54,893 nt of DNA, from IMG/VR virus record IMGVR_UViG_3300048835_001014, positions 1-54,893 of that record; one strand, 5' to 3'. Shown here piece by piece: positions 9,149-17,431 of the stretch (the stretch's first letter is position 1; the number at the start of each line of letters is the position of its first letter). A program made the translations under genes and the position numbers. The notes under the pieces are model-generated. The model saw only the letters and a list, made by a program, of their open reading frames with translations. It made no database searches and was not told the origin of the DNA. The DNA is from a virus. Its lineage: Duplodnaviria; Caudoviricetes.

Positions 9149-10121
9149 TCCATTGCAACTGATCTGGCCGCTGATGGAGTTTCGGCACGCGATTGTCACG
9201 GATTCCATCGTGACGGGCTGGCCGACCGGCTTTCGCCAGCGGCTGGTCGACCTGGAATTCATGATTTCGGCCGAGCACGCCAGCCGAGTGCTCTGTCCGG
9301 AGTGCGGCGAGCATGAAGAGGAAGTCATTGCTGCGGATGGGCCCGATGACGATCCGCGCTTCTTCATCCCGTGTCCGGAAATCCTTCGCGCTCATGTGCC
9401 GCCGGACGCCCTTCGTCAGTGGGAGGTCCACTCCGGCGGCATTGCGTGCGCGCTGGCTGCAACATTAGGGCTGACTGGTCGCCGCACGGAGCTGGTGGCC
9501 GATCGGTTGTGGCGACTGGGTCGCACCGATTGGCACGGCAAATCGCGGGACGTGCTGTTTGCACGGGGCCTCCATTGGGATGACGCCGCGACCGTGCGGG
9601 CGGAAATCGTCCGTGGCCGGAAACCGATCGTATTCGTGCCAAGCCGACTGCCGCCCGACGGATTCTGGCTTCGTCGTGTACCCCCGGTAATCGTGCTGTC
9701 GCAGTACGCAGCTCTTTGCGAGGACCAGATCGAGGTTGAAGCGCTGGCCATCGCGACGGCGATTCACGACGCCGACGCCGCCGGTTCGTCGGACGGTCTG
9801 ATAACGGTCACCGAGCAGCAACTGAAGCTGATGATCCGTCAGCAGATCAAGGCCGAAACCAAGACCGAGCTGACCGACGACATCCTCATCGCCGCCTATC
9901 GACATCACGGCGCGTACCGATCGGCCGCGGAGTACCTCAGCCAAGAGACCGAGCAGACCGTCTCGAAGGACGCGGTTTACCGGGCCGTGCAGCGCGCCGG
10001 TGGGGTGCTGGCAATTCTCAATAGCGAGGACAGCAACTCGGTCGTGCGCGGTGTCGCGTCGCAACGCCGCGACAAGAAAGGGAAAACTCTCCTTCAGTCC
10101 AAACCCATTGAAGGGGAATGA
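9141..10121 (+). CDS. Hypothetical protein with CPEC zinc ribbon and C-terminal HTH-like segment
   Basis: GTG start overlapping upstream stop; CPECGEH...CPE; YRSAAEYL...VSKDAVYRAV. Confidence 0.75.
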   Translation: MNDPLQLIWPLMEFRHAIVTDSIVTGWPTGFRQRLVDLEFMISAEHASRVLCPECGEHEEEVIAADGPDDDPRFFIPCPEILRAHVPPDALRQWEVHSGGIACALAATLGLTGRRTELVADRLWRLGRTDWHGKSRDVLFARGLHWDDAATVRAEIVRGRKPIVFVPSRLPPDGFWLRRVPPVIVLSQYAALCEDQIEVEALAIATAIHDADAAGSSDGLITVTEQQLKLMIRQQIKAETKTELTDDILIAAYRHHGAYRSAAEYLSQETEQTVSKDAVYRAVQRAGGVLAILNSEDSNSVVRGVASQRRDKKGKTLLQSKPIEGE

Positions 10122-10317
10122 CTTACGCCGCAATGTCGCGGCCTTCGATCCGTGCGGGATTGTCGCCGGATGCGACACGGCTGCCGCCTCTCGACCGAGA
10201 GGACAAAACCCGGCAGTCACAGTCACGTGTTGATTCCGCGGTAACGCAACCGCGGCACGTCGCTCTCGCCCGCTTCTGGGCACTGCGTGGTTCGCAGCCT
10301 CCGGTCCGGAGGCTTCC

Positions 10318-10902
10318 ATGTCCAGTTCCCAGGGGAACGACTTTGTACTGACGGATTACGCCCGCAAACTCATCCGCTTCAAGGCCCGCCAACTCTGCCG
10401 GCTGCACAGCTTCAGCAAATCCGACGAGGAGGATCTGCAGCAGGAACTGTGGCTGGCCGTCGTCAACCAGGCCGCCAAATTCGACCCGGCGCGGGCCTCG
10501 CTCGACACGTTCATCGACCGCGTGGTCAACACGGCCGTGGCGATGGTTCTCCGCGACCGCCAGCGGCAGAAGCGGTCAAACGGATTCCAGGCCATGTCTC
10601 TCGACCGCACTCCAGCGGATGGTCACGGCAACGAGCCGCTGTCGGCCAAGGTGTCCGAGGACGATCTGGCACGTCGCGTCGGCACCGAACCCGCCGACGA
10701 GACCGACCGCCGGGAAACGGCCGAGGCGGTGGCGTCCGCACTGGCCAAGCTGCCGGACGAGCTGCGTGACGTCTGCCGGCGCGTGATGGGCGGCAGCATT
10801 TCGTCCGCGGCGCAAGATCTGGAAACGTCGCGCCGGCAAATCCGCAACGCACTCGCGGCCGCTCGCCCCTTCTTCGAGCAGGCGGGCGTGGATGCAGGCT
10901 AA
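10318..10902 (+). CDS. Phage-encoded sigma-70 family (ECF-like) sigma factor
   Basis: DEEDLQQELWL, FDPARASLDTFIDRVV (region 2); ALAKLPDELR...SISSAAQDL (region 4). Confidence 0.88.
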   Translation: MSSSQGNDFVLTDYARKLIRFKARQLCRLHSFSKSDEEDLQQELWLAVVNQAAKFDPARASLDTFIDRVVNTAVAMVLRDRQRQKRSNGFQAMSLDRTPADGHGNEPLSAKVSEDDLARRVGTEPADETDRRETAEAVASALAKLPDELRDVCRRVMGGSISSAAQDLETSRRQIRNALAAARPFFEQAGVDAG

Positions 10903-10906
10903 TCGC

Positions 10907-10938
10907 CGGACAGGTTGGCTCACCGCGGCATAGGTAAC
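10907..10938 (+). promoter_or_regulatory. Putative phage-sigma promoter, copy 2 (CGGACAG-N14-GCATAGGTAAC)
   Basis: Heads the recombination/replication operon; same spacing as copies 1 and 3. Confidence 0.7.
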
Positions 10939-10981
10939 AAACGCGGCAGTCAACACTCACGCGACTCCCAGGAGTGAAACC

Positions 10982-11281
10982 ATGAGCGGCGTATTTCGAT
11001 TTGTCTTCCAAGAGGATGTGTCGCTCGTGGACGCCGAATTGTCCTTGCACCTGGCGATCTTCGCCGTCGAGGGACTCTTCGGCGTGGCCCGTGTGCGACT
11101 CGAGGTGAGCTATCACGTCGAGGAATCGCGGCGCGTGATCATCGTGGACGGCAGCAACGAGGTTGGTGGAGCGCTGGTTCGCGTCTTCGCCAACCTGCTG
11201 CTGCGCGAATTCGGCGAGGACTCGTTCCGGGTCGACCGGGTTGACTCGCGCCCCACGCCTCCCGTGAAAGCCGCCGCGTGA
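10982..11281 (+). CDS. Hypothetical protein
   Basis: AGGAG RBS; 99 aa. Confidence 0.8.
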   Translation: MSGVFRFVFQEDVSLVDAELSLHLAIFAVEGLFGVARVRLEVSYHVEESRRVIIVDGSNEVGGALVRVFANLLLREFGEDSFRVDRVDSRPTPPVKAAA

Positions 11282-11348
11282 GATCGCGGGAACGCCCTGA
11301 ATCCGTGGGCAATCACCGGAAGTAATCGGAAGCCTGGAGCACTGTCAC

Positions 11349-11543
11349 ATGAACACGCAACGAAAGAAACGCACCTGCCTGAAGTGTGATCGGCTTTTCG
11401 ATTCGGCAGGTCCCGGAAACCGCATCTGCCGGCGCTGTCAGCAAATCAACGACCGACTGCCAGTCTCGGAGGCGCAGCTGCAGAAACAGCGCGGAGCCAA
11501 ACGGCGCAACGGAGACCCACTGGAACCTCGTGCGGATGACTGA
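11349..11543 (+). CDS. Small zinc-finger protein
   Basis: RTCLKCDRLFDSAGPGNRICRRC; GGAG RBS. Confidence 0.75.
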   Translation: MNTQRKKRTCLKCDRLFDSAGPGNRICRRCQQINDRLPVSEAQLQKQRGAKRRNGDPLEPRADD

Positions 11544-11573
11544 TCGTTTCGAGCACTACCCGGATGAACCAAA

Positions 11574-12614
11574 ATGACCGCACCCGAACAAACGTCGCCG
11601 GATAAAGGCGTCCTGACCTTCTCGGCGCTCAATACGTTTCGCAATTGCCCGCGGAAGTACAAGCATCGCTACGTCGATTGTCTGCGACCGCGGGAAAAAC
11701 CCGATGCCTTGTCGTTCGGCAGCGTGGTGCATGGCGGGATCGAACTCTGGTATCGATCCGAGCCGAACGAGAACCGCCTTTGGTCGGTGCTCGACTACAT
11801 CGATCAGCAATTTCCGTTGCGGGCGGGCGACGATGACCAGAAGGCGGCGTGGAACCTGGCCCGCGCCATGCTCACCGGCTATGCCGCCCGCTACGAAACA
11901 GAAGACTTCGAGATCGTCGAAGTCGAGAAGCCGTTTAGGGGCGAAATCCGCAACCCCGACACGGGCCGCCCCAGCCAGACGTTTGTGATGGCCGGCAAGG
12001 CGGACGCCATCGTCGAGCGATCGGATGGCACGTATCTGCTGGAACACAAGACGGCGTCGTCGATCGACGCGAGTTACCTGGACAAGCTGTGGACCGACAC
12101 GCAGATCGCGCTCTACTCGTTCTACCTGCGGCAGCTTGGCTATCCGATTGTGGGAGTGATCTACAACATCCTGCTCAAGTCGCGACTGAAGCAGAAGGCG
12201 GGTGAGACGGAGGCTGAATACGAAGCGCGACGCATGGAACTGGCTGCCAAAAACAAGAGCGGCCGTTCGACCGCCAAGCGGCAGATGCCAGAGTCGGATG
12301 AGGAATTTCTGGCTCGGCTTGCCGAATGGTACGCCCGCCCTGACGCCTTCCATCGTGAGCACATTTATCTGTCCGAAGACCGCCTGGCCATGTTGCAGGA
12401 AGAGGTCTGGGAGATCACGCAGCAGTATCTCGATGCCCGCCGTCGCGGCAAGTGGCTGCTCAACACTTCGAACTGCTTCTCGTACCAGCGGCCCTGCGAG
12501 TACCTGCCTTACTGCCAATCGGGCTTCAACCCGAACGTGGCTGACAACCTGTACGACATCGCGCTGCCACACGAGGAACTGACACCGGCCGATTCCGAAG
12601 CACCCATTTTCTAA
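11574..12614 (+). CDS. PD-(D/E)xK exonuclease (RecB/Cas4-like phage recombination nuclease)
   Basis: FRNCPRKY, FGSVVH, GKADAI...LLEHKT, QIALY, C-terminal cysteines. Confidence 0.9.
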   Translation: MTAPEQTSPDKGVLTFSALNTFRNCPRKYKHRYVDCLRPREKPDALSFGSVVHGGIELWYRSEPNENRLWSVLDYIDQQFPLRAGDDDQKAAWNLARAMLTGYAARYETEDFEIVEVEKPFRGEIRNPDTGRPSQTFVMAGKADAIVERSDGTYLLEHKTASSIDASYLDKLWTDTQIALYSFYLRQLGYPIVGVIYNILLKSRLKQKAGETEAEYEARRMELAAKNKSGRSTAKRQMPESDEEFLARLAEWYARPDAFHREHIYLSEDRLAMLQEEVWEITQQYLDARRRGKWLLNTSNCFSYQRPCEYLPYCQSGFNPNVADNLYDIALPHEELTPADSEAPIF

Positions 12615-12625
12615 GGAGCAGCCCC

Positions 12626-13411
12626 ATGACTTTGACGTTGCCCACGCAGCGCACCAAACCGATCACCGACCTCAGCAAACAGACCATCCTGCTGTACTCG
12701 GCGCCCAAGCTCGGCAAGTCGACGTTTGCGAGTCGTTTCCCCGAAGCCGTCTTCTTCGAATGCGAGCCTGGCCTCAGTCATTTGGAAGTATTCAAGGTGC
12801 CAACCTACACCTGGGACGACTTCCTGGCCGCGTGCAAGCTGGTCGCGCAAGGCAACCATTCGTTCAAGACGATCGTGATCGACACCGCCGACAACGCGTT
12901 CAAGTTTTGCAGCGAACACGTCTGCTCGAAGCATAACATCGAATACGAAGGCGACATGGGGCACGGCAAGGGCTGGGCACTCGTCAAGAACGAGTGGCAT
13001 CGCGTGCTCACACGGTTGGCCAGTCTGCCCTACGGTCTCGTTCTCATCTCGCACGCCCAGGACAAAACGATCGAGACGCGGACCGGCGAGTTCACCAAGA
13101 CACAGCCGAGCCTGCCGGATCGCGCTCGTGGTGTCGTGCTCGGCCTGGTCGACATGATCCTGTACGGCGACGCAATTCCCCGCAAGGACGCGGCCGGCAA
13201 CGTGACGATCGAACGGGTCATCCGCACCAAGCCCCATCCGACCTACGAGGCAGGCGACCGCACCGGCCGCCTGCCCGACCTGTTGCCCCTGGATTACGAC
13301 GCCTTCGTCAAAGCGTTCACTTCCGCTGCCCCCGGCACAGTTCCCGGCACCGGCGCCGCGGCGGAGCGTTCTCAGCCGGGAAGCACCCCCAACGGAAAGG
13401 CCAAGCGATGA
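12626..13411 (+). CDS. AAA_24 / Sak4-like ATPase (phage recombinase)
   Basis: YSAPKLGKSTFA Walker A, TIVIDT Walker B; lies between nuclease and SSB genes. Confidence 0.88.
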   Translation: MTLTLPTQRTKPITDLSKQTILLYSAPKLGKSTFASRFPEAVFFECEPGLSHLEVFKVPTYTWDDFLAACKLVAQGNHSFKTIVIDTADNAFKFCSEHVCSKHNIEYEGDMGHGKGWALVKNEWHRVLTRLASLPYGLVLISHAQDKTIETRTGEFTKTQPSLPDRARGVVLGLVDMILYGDAIPRKDAAGNVTIERVIRTKPHPTYEAGDRTGRLPDLLPLDYDAFVKAFTSAAPGTVPGTGAAAERSQPGSTPNGKAKR

Positions 13412-13872
13412 GCCAATACGACGACAGCTTTGCTCCCGACAACGCGGACATTGACCTGAGCGCCTTTGACGACGACTTCTCGTCGGCCGAGACGCCGAGT
13501 TTTGAGGAAGTGCCCGACGGCAAGTACCAGGCGCGGATCGACGAGGTGCGGCTGGACCGCAGCCAGAAAGGCGACCCGATGATCAAGTGGGATTTGATCG
13601 TGATCGCCGGGTCGCAGGCAGGACGGCACATCTTCAAGAACTCGGTGATCACGCCAGCGGCCCTGCCGTTCGTGAAGGGCGACCTGAAGACCGTGGGACT
13701 GGAACTGGCCAAGTTCAGCGACTTGGCAGGACGTCTCGAGGAACTGCTCGACGTGACGTTGGAGGTCACCAAGCGGACGCGCGGCGAGTACACGAACGTG
13801 TATTTCAACAAGCGCATCCAGATCGCGGCGGCTGCTGCCGGTCGACCGTCCGCCGACGAGACACCGTTTTGA
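13408..13872 (+). CDS. DUF669 family single-stranded DNA-binding protein
   Basis: VPDGKYQARI..V....SQKGDPM; acidic tail DETPF; ATGA overlap. Confidence 0.85.
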   Translation: MSQYDDSFAPDNADIDLSAFDDDFSSAETPSFEEVPDGKYQARIDEVRLDRSQKGDPMIKWDLIVIAGSQAGRHIFKNSVITPAALPFVKGDLKTVGLELAKFSDLAGRLEELLDVTLEVTKRTRGEYTNVYFNKRIQIAAAAAGRPSADETPF

Positions 13873-13895
13873 TCAGGGATGAAACCGGCACCAAA

Positions 13896-14023
13896 GCACT
13901 CCTGTGACCACGGGTGCGGCCGAGGCGGGATGGCGTGCCCTGCCGGCAATCAACGATGCGGCATCGCCGGGTCCGCATCATGCCGGTGGGGAAAGACTCC
14001 CCGTGCCCGCCTCGGCTCTTTTT
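13896..14023 (+). ncRNA. Candidate structured RNA (multi-stem junction followed by U-tract)
   Basis: Perfect 11-bp outer stem 13919-13929/14006-14016; inner stems 13942-48/13981-87, 13955-61/13973-79, 13988-92/13998-14002; G-U pairs favour + strand. Confidence 0.55.
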
Positions 14024-14045
14024 CGTTTCACGGAGGAGAGAGGGA

Positions 14046-14567
14046 ATGCGAGTCAATCTCAAGGAGTGGATGCAATCGCAACAGGGGCGGCACACTTGTC
14101 AGTGCGGTTGCGGTGCCGAAATCCGGATCCTTCCACACTATCACGCTCGTGGAATACCAACATTTCGCAAGGGTCACGTGTCGCGAGTGGCAAATTCAAT
14201 GCGCGGTCGTCGGCTGGACCAGAACCCGAACTACAAGGGCGGACGGTTCATTGACCAAAAGGGATATGTCGTCGTGCTGAACCCCCGACGTACATGCCAT
14301 CGCGACAGATACATCTACGAGCACCGGCTACTGATGGAGCAGCACCTAGGGCGCGAGCTCACACCCGAGGAACAGATCCATCACCGCAATGGAATCAAGA
14401 CGGACAATCGAATCGAAAACCTCCAGCTCACGAACGTCAGTGAGCACGCCGGTTTGCATCAGGAGGAATTGCGTAAGCAGTTTGGTGAGGAGGTCTACCT
14501 GCTCGCAAAGCGTCGAATCCACCGTGGACTGCCATATCGGGAGATTCTCACATGTTCCAGATCGTGA
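14046..14567 (+). CDS. HNH endonuclease
   Basis: GGAGG RBS; CQCGCG, NPNYKGGR, YEHRLLMEQHLGR, IHHRNGIKTDNRIENL; more AT-rich than neighbours. Confidence 0.92.
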   Translation: MRVNLKEWMQSQQGRHTCQCGCGAEIRILPHYHARGIPTFRKGHVSRVANSMRGRRLDQNPNYKGGRFIDQKGYVVVLNPRRTCHRDRYIYEHRLLMEQHLGRELTPEEQIHHRNGIKTDNRIENLQLTNVSEHAGLHQEELRKQFGEEVYLLAKRRIHRGLPYREILTCSRS

Positions 14568-15001
14568 TTGATACGCGGGAGCAGGCGGAGTACTCCTTCG
14601 ATTGTGACATCGTGCGGCGCAAGCTGGACGCGGGCGACTATTCGGTCGCTGGCTTCGAGCATCGCGTGGCGGTTGAACGCAAGAGCCTGTCCGACTTCGT
14701 CCATACCGTGATCCACGATGCGACTCGGTTTGCGGCCGAGTTGCAGAAGCTGGCTGGCATGGATGCCGCCGGCGTCGTGGTTGAAGCCAACCTGGACGAC
14801 GTGCTGCGCGGCCGCCACGAAGATGTACTGCGATCCGTCGCTCCGCAGGCAGTCTTGGGTGCGGCACTGCATATCGCGCTGCATTGGGGCGTCCCCGTCT
14901 ACTGGTGCGGCTCCCGCCAGGCTGCCTGCGCGTTCACGGATGCCTACCTTCGGATGTTCGTGCGGACGCTGGTCGCACAGGGAGGTGCGCTCGATGCCTA
15001 A
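14552..15001 (+). CDS. ERCC4-domain nuclease (putative Holliday junction resolvase)
   Basis: IVIDTREQ, LDAGDYS, VERKSLSD. Confidence 0.92.
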   Translation: MFQIVIDTREQAEYSFDCDIVRRKLDAGDYSVAGFEHRVAVERKSLSDFVHTVIHDATRFAAELQKLAGMDAAGVVVEANLDDVLRGRHEDVLRSVAPQAVLGAALHIALHWGVPVYWCGSRQAACAFTDAYLRMFVRTLVAQGGALDA

Positions 15002-17159
15002 CAGAATCAGCGGCACCGTGGACCGCACGTATTTCACGAGTCCCAAGTTCACCGCCGGCGTTCTCCTGTCCGACACCGGTGATCGTGTCCGGTTCCGAGG
15101 TCCATTCTGCGCCAACGAAGGCGACCTGGTCACGCTGGTCGGTCGCTGGAAGGTTGATCCCAAGTACGGTCCGCAGTTCGCCGTCGACAGTCTCAGTTAC
15201 GAATTGCCCAATAGCCCCGAGGGGTTGGTTCAGTACTTGGCCAAGCATCCGGCATTCGTGGGCATTGGAGAGGCGACAGCACGCAAGATCGTGGCTCATG
15301 CTGCCAGCGCGGCGCATCTCGATCGTTTGATCCGCCAGGACATCGACGAGCTGCACCGGGAACTGCGCATTCGCAAGTCCACGCTCGAGTCGCTCCGCGA
15401 AGCCTGGATCGCCCACAGTGCTGACAACGAGATTCGCTCCTACCTGGCCAGCTTCGGCCTGACCCATCATCAGATGGAGACGCTACTACAGACGTTCGGC
15501 AACTCGGTGGTCGGCGTGCTCCGCGCCGACCCGTACCAACTGATCCGTTACGTGAAAGGATACGGCTTCAAGAAGGTCGACAAGATCGCCCGCGCCATGG
15601 GCACGCCCAAGGACCACGCCGGACGAATCGAAGCGGGTCTGCTGTATGTCGTCAGCGATGAATTGTCTTCTGGTCACACATGGACAGCGGGTGCGGACCT
15701 GCTCGACAAGGCCAACGACCTGCTGCTGTTGGATACGCTCGATAGCCGCGACGTCATTCGGGCAGCCGCTGAGCGATTGCTGCAGGAGCGGCAGTTGATC
15801 GCAGACGGCAACGCCGTCACGACACCGTGGTGTCTGGAGACGGAACGGTTTATCCAGTCCGTATTCGACCTGCAGGGTTGGAGTGAGCGCCCGCTCGCCG
15901 GAGTTCGATTGCAGCTTGCTGGGCTACGAGACAAGCAGGCGGAAGCCTATCGCGCTGCGCTACGTTACGCGATCGTCGTCATCTCCGGCGGTGCCGGTAC
16001 CGGCAAGACGTATGTGCTGGCCCGACTGGCGAGGTCCTTTCAAGACTCCCGGCTTCGCGTTGCCCTTTGTTCTCCGACCGGTAAGGCGGCCAAGCGGATC
16101 GAGGAATCCCTCCGCGCTCAGGGACTCGACCTCGAAGCAAAGACAATCCACCGGCTGCTGGAGTACGACGGCCACGAGTTTCATCGGGAAATCCTGTCGC
16201 AGCCAAGCGGTGACGACGATGACGCCGATCCCGGTTACGACGTCGTGATCGTCGATGAGGTCTCGATGGTGGATGTGTCGCTGATGGCTGAACTGCTGCG
16301 GCGCATCGATTTCTCACGAACGCGATTGATCCTGGTCGGCGACCACAACCAGTTGCCACCGGTCGGGCCCGGCAATGTGCTGCGGGACGTGATCCAGCAC
16401 CGTCTCGTGCCGACCGTGATTCTCGATGAAGTCGTCCGCCAGGCCGGTGTGCTCAAGACCAACAGCATGGCAGTGTTGTCCGGCGCGATCGCTCCTACAG
16501 CCGTGGACGATCCAGCCTGGTCGGTCGTCGACGTCTTTCAGGATCCTCAGCAGATCCAGGTCTACTTGCGGGAACTCGTCCTGCAGAAGATCCCCGATCG
16601 GTTGCGGTTGGACCCGATCAATGATGTCCAGATCATCACCCCCACGCACATCGGTCCGCTTGGCACAAAAGCCATCAACCAAATGATGCAGCGGCTGCTG
16701 CACGGCGAGGTTGCGCGGAAGTTTGCGGTTGCCGACAAGGTCATCCAAACCGTCAACGACTATGGCCTCGGTGTGATGAACGGCACGATCGGGCGCGTCG
16801 TCGAGATCGAGCCTGGACCGGGCGGCGGCTACTGGATCGAGTTCGACGGCTGCGGTGTGCGGCACATCAGGGACGAGCACGTGCTCAACGTCCAGCTCGC
16901 CTACGCACTGACCGCGCACAAGGCCCAAGGGAGCGAGTTCCCCTGCGTCGTGGTGCTGTGCCACAAGTCGCACTACTTCGCCGACCGCAACTGGCTCTAC
17001 ACCGCCGTCACGCGCGCGGCACGGTACTGCATCTTGATGGGCGACCGCTGGGGCCTGCGCAACGCCGTCAAGAAGAACAACACGATCCGGCGGCGGACGT
17101 TTCTCAACCTGTGGGCATCCTCCGGCGAACCGGCTTCGCCGCTGGAGGTGCCCGCATGA
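14994..17159 (+). CDS. RecD2-like SF1B helicase
   Basis: GGAGTGKT, SPTGKAA, VDEVSM, GDHNQLPPVG, AYALTAHKAQGSEF, YTAVTRA; N-terminal OB/HhH region. Confidence 0.95.
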   Translation: MPNRISGTVDRTYFTSPKFTAGVLLSDTGDRVRFRGPFCANEGDLVTLVGRWKVDPKYGPQFAVDSLSYELPNSPEGLVQYLAKHPAFVGIGEATARKIVAHAASAAHLDRLIRQDIDELHRELRIRKSTLESLREAWIAHSADNEIRSYLASFGLTHHQMETLLQTFGNSVVGVLRADPYQLIRYVKGYGFKKVDKIARAMGTPKDHAGRIEAGLLYVVSDELSSGHTWTAGADLLDKANDLLLLDTLDSRDVIRAAAERLLQERQLIADGNAVTTPWCLETERFIQSVFDLQGWSERPLAGVRLQLAGLRDKQAEAYRAALRYAIVVISGGAGTGKTYVLARLARSFQDSRLRVALCSPTGKAAKRIEESLRAQGLDLEAKTIHRLLEYDGHEFHREILSQPSGDDDDADPGYDVVIVDEVSMVDVSLMAELLRRIDFSRTRLILVGDHNQLPPVGPGNVLRDVIQHRLVPTVILDEVVRQAGVLKTNSMAVLSGAIAPTAVDDPAWSVVDVFQDPQQIQVYLRELVLQKIPDRLRLDPINDVQIITPTHIGPLGTKAINQMMQRLLHGEVARKFAVADKVIQTVNDYGLGVMNGTIGRVVEIEPGPGGGYWIEFDGCGVRHIRDEHVLNVQLAYALTAHKAQGSEFPCVVVLCHKSHYFADRNWLYTAVTRAARYCILMGDRWGLRNAVKKNNTIRRRTFLNLWASSGEPASPLEVPA

Positions 17160-17431
17160 CGCCGCAGCCGCAAGTCACTCACGATCCAGTCGATCGTCCT
17201 CGCCATTACACGTTCGGCGGCATCGAAGTGATCGATGCAATCGAAGCGTGGGGATGCGATTTTGTAGAGGGCAACATCATCAAGTACGTAGCTCGTTGGA
17301 AACACAAAGATGGAGTGACGGATTTACGAAAGGCGGCATGGTATCTGAATCGACTTATCGACCGGGAGATCGAGCGACGAACGGCTGAGCAAGAGCCAGT
17401 CACAGACACACCGCGGGAGATCGAAACATGA
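17156..17431 (+). CDS. DUF3310 domain protein
   Basis: DPVDRPRHY, GNIIKYVARW..KDGVTDLRKAAWYL. Confidence 0.92.
   Translation: MTPQPQVTHDPVDRPRHYTFGGIEVIDAIEAWGCDFVEGNIIKYVARWKHKDGVTDLRKAAWYLNRLIDREIERRTAEQEPVTDTPREIET

Noticed and set aside
11574-12614. Cas4-like nuclease as CRISPR adaptation gene
   Set aside because: Context is the common phage exonuclease-Sak4-SSB recombination trio
13896-14567. RNA plus HNH as an IscB/HEARO-type RNA-guided nuclease
   Set aside because: Protein is about 173 aa with no RuvC or PLMP motifs and looks like an ordinary phage HNH
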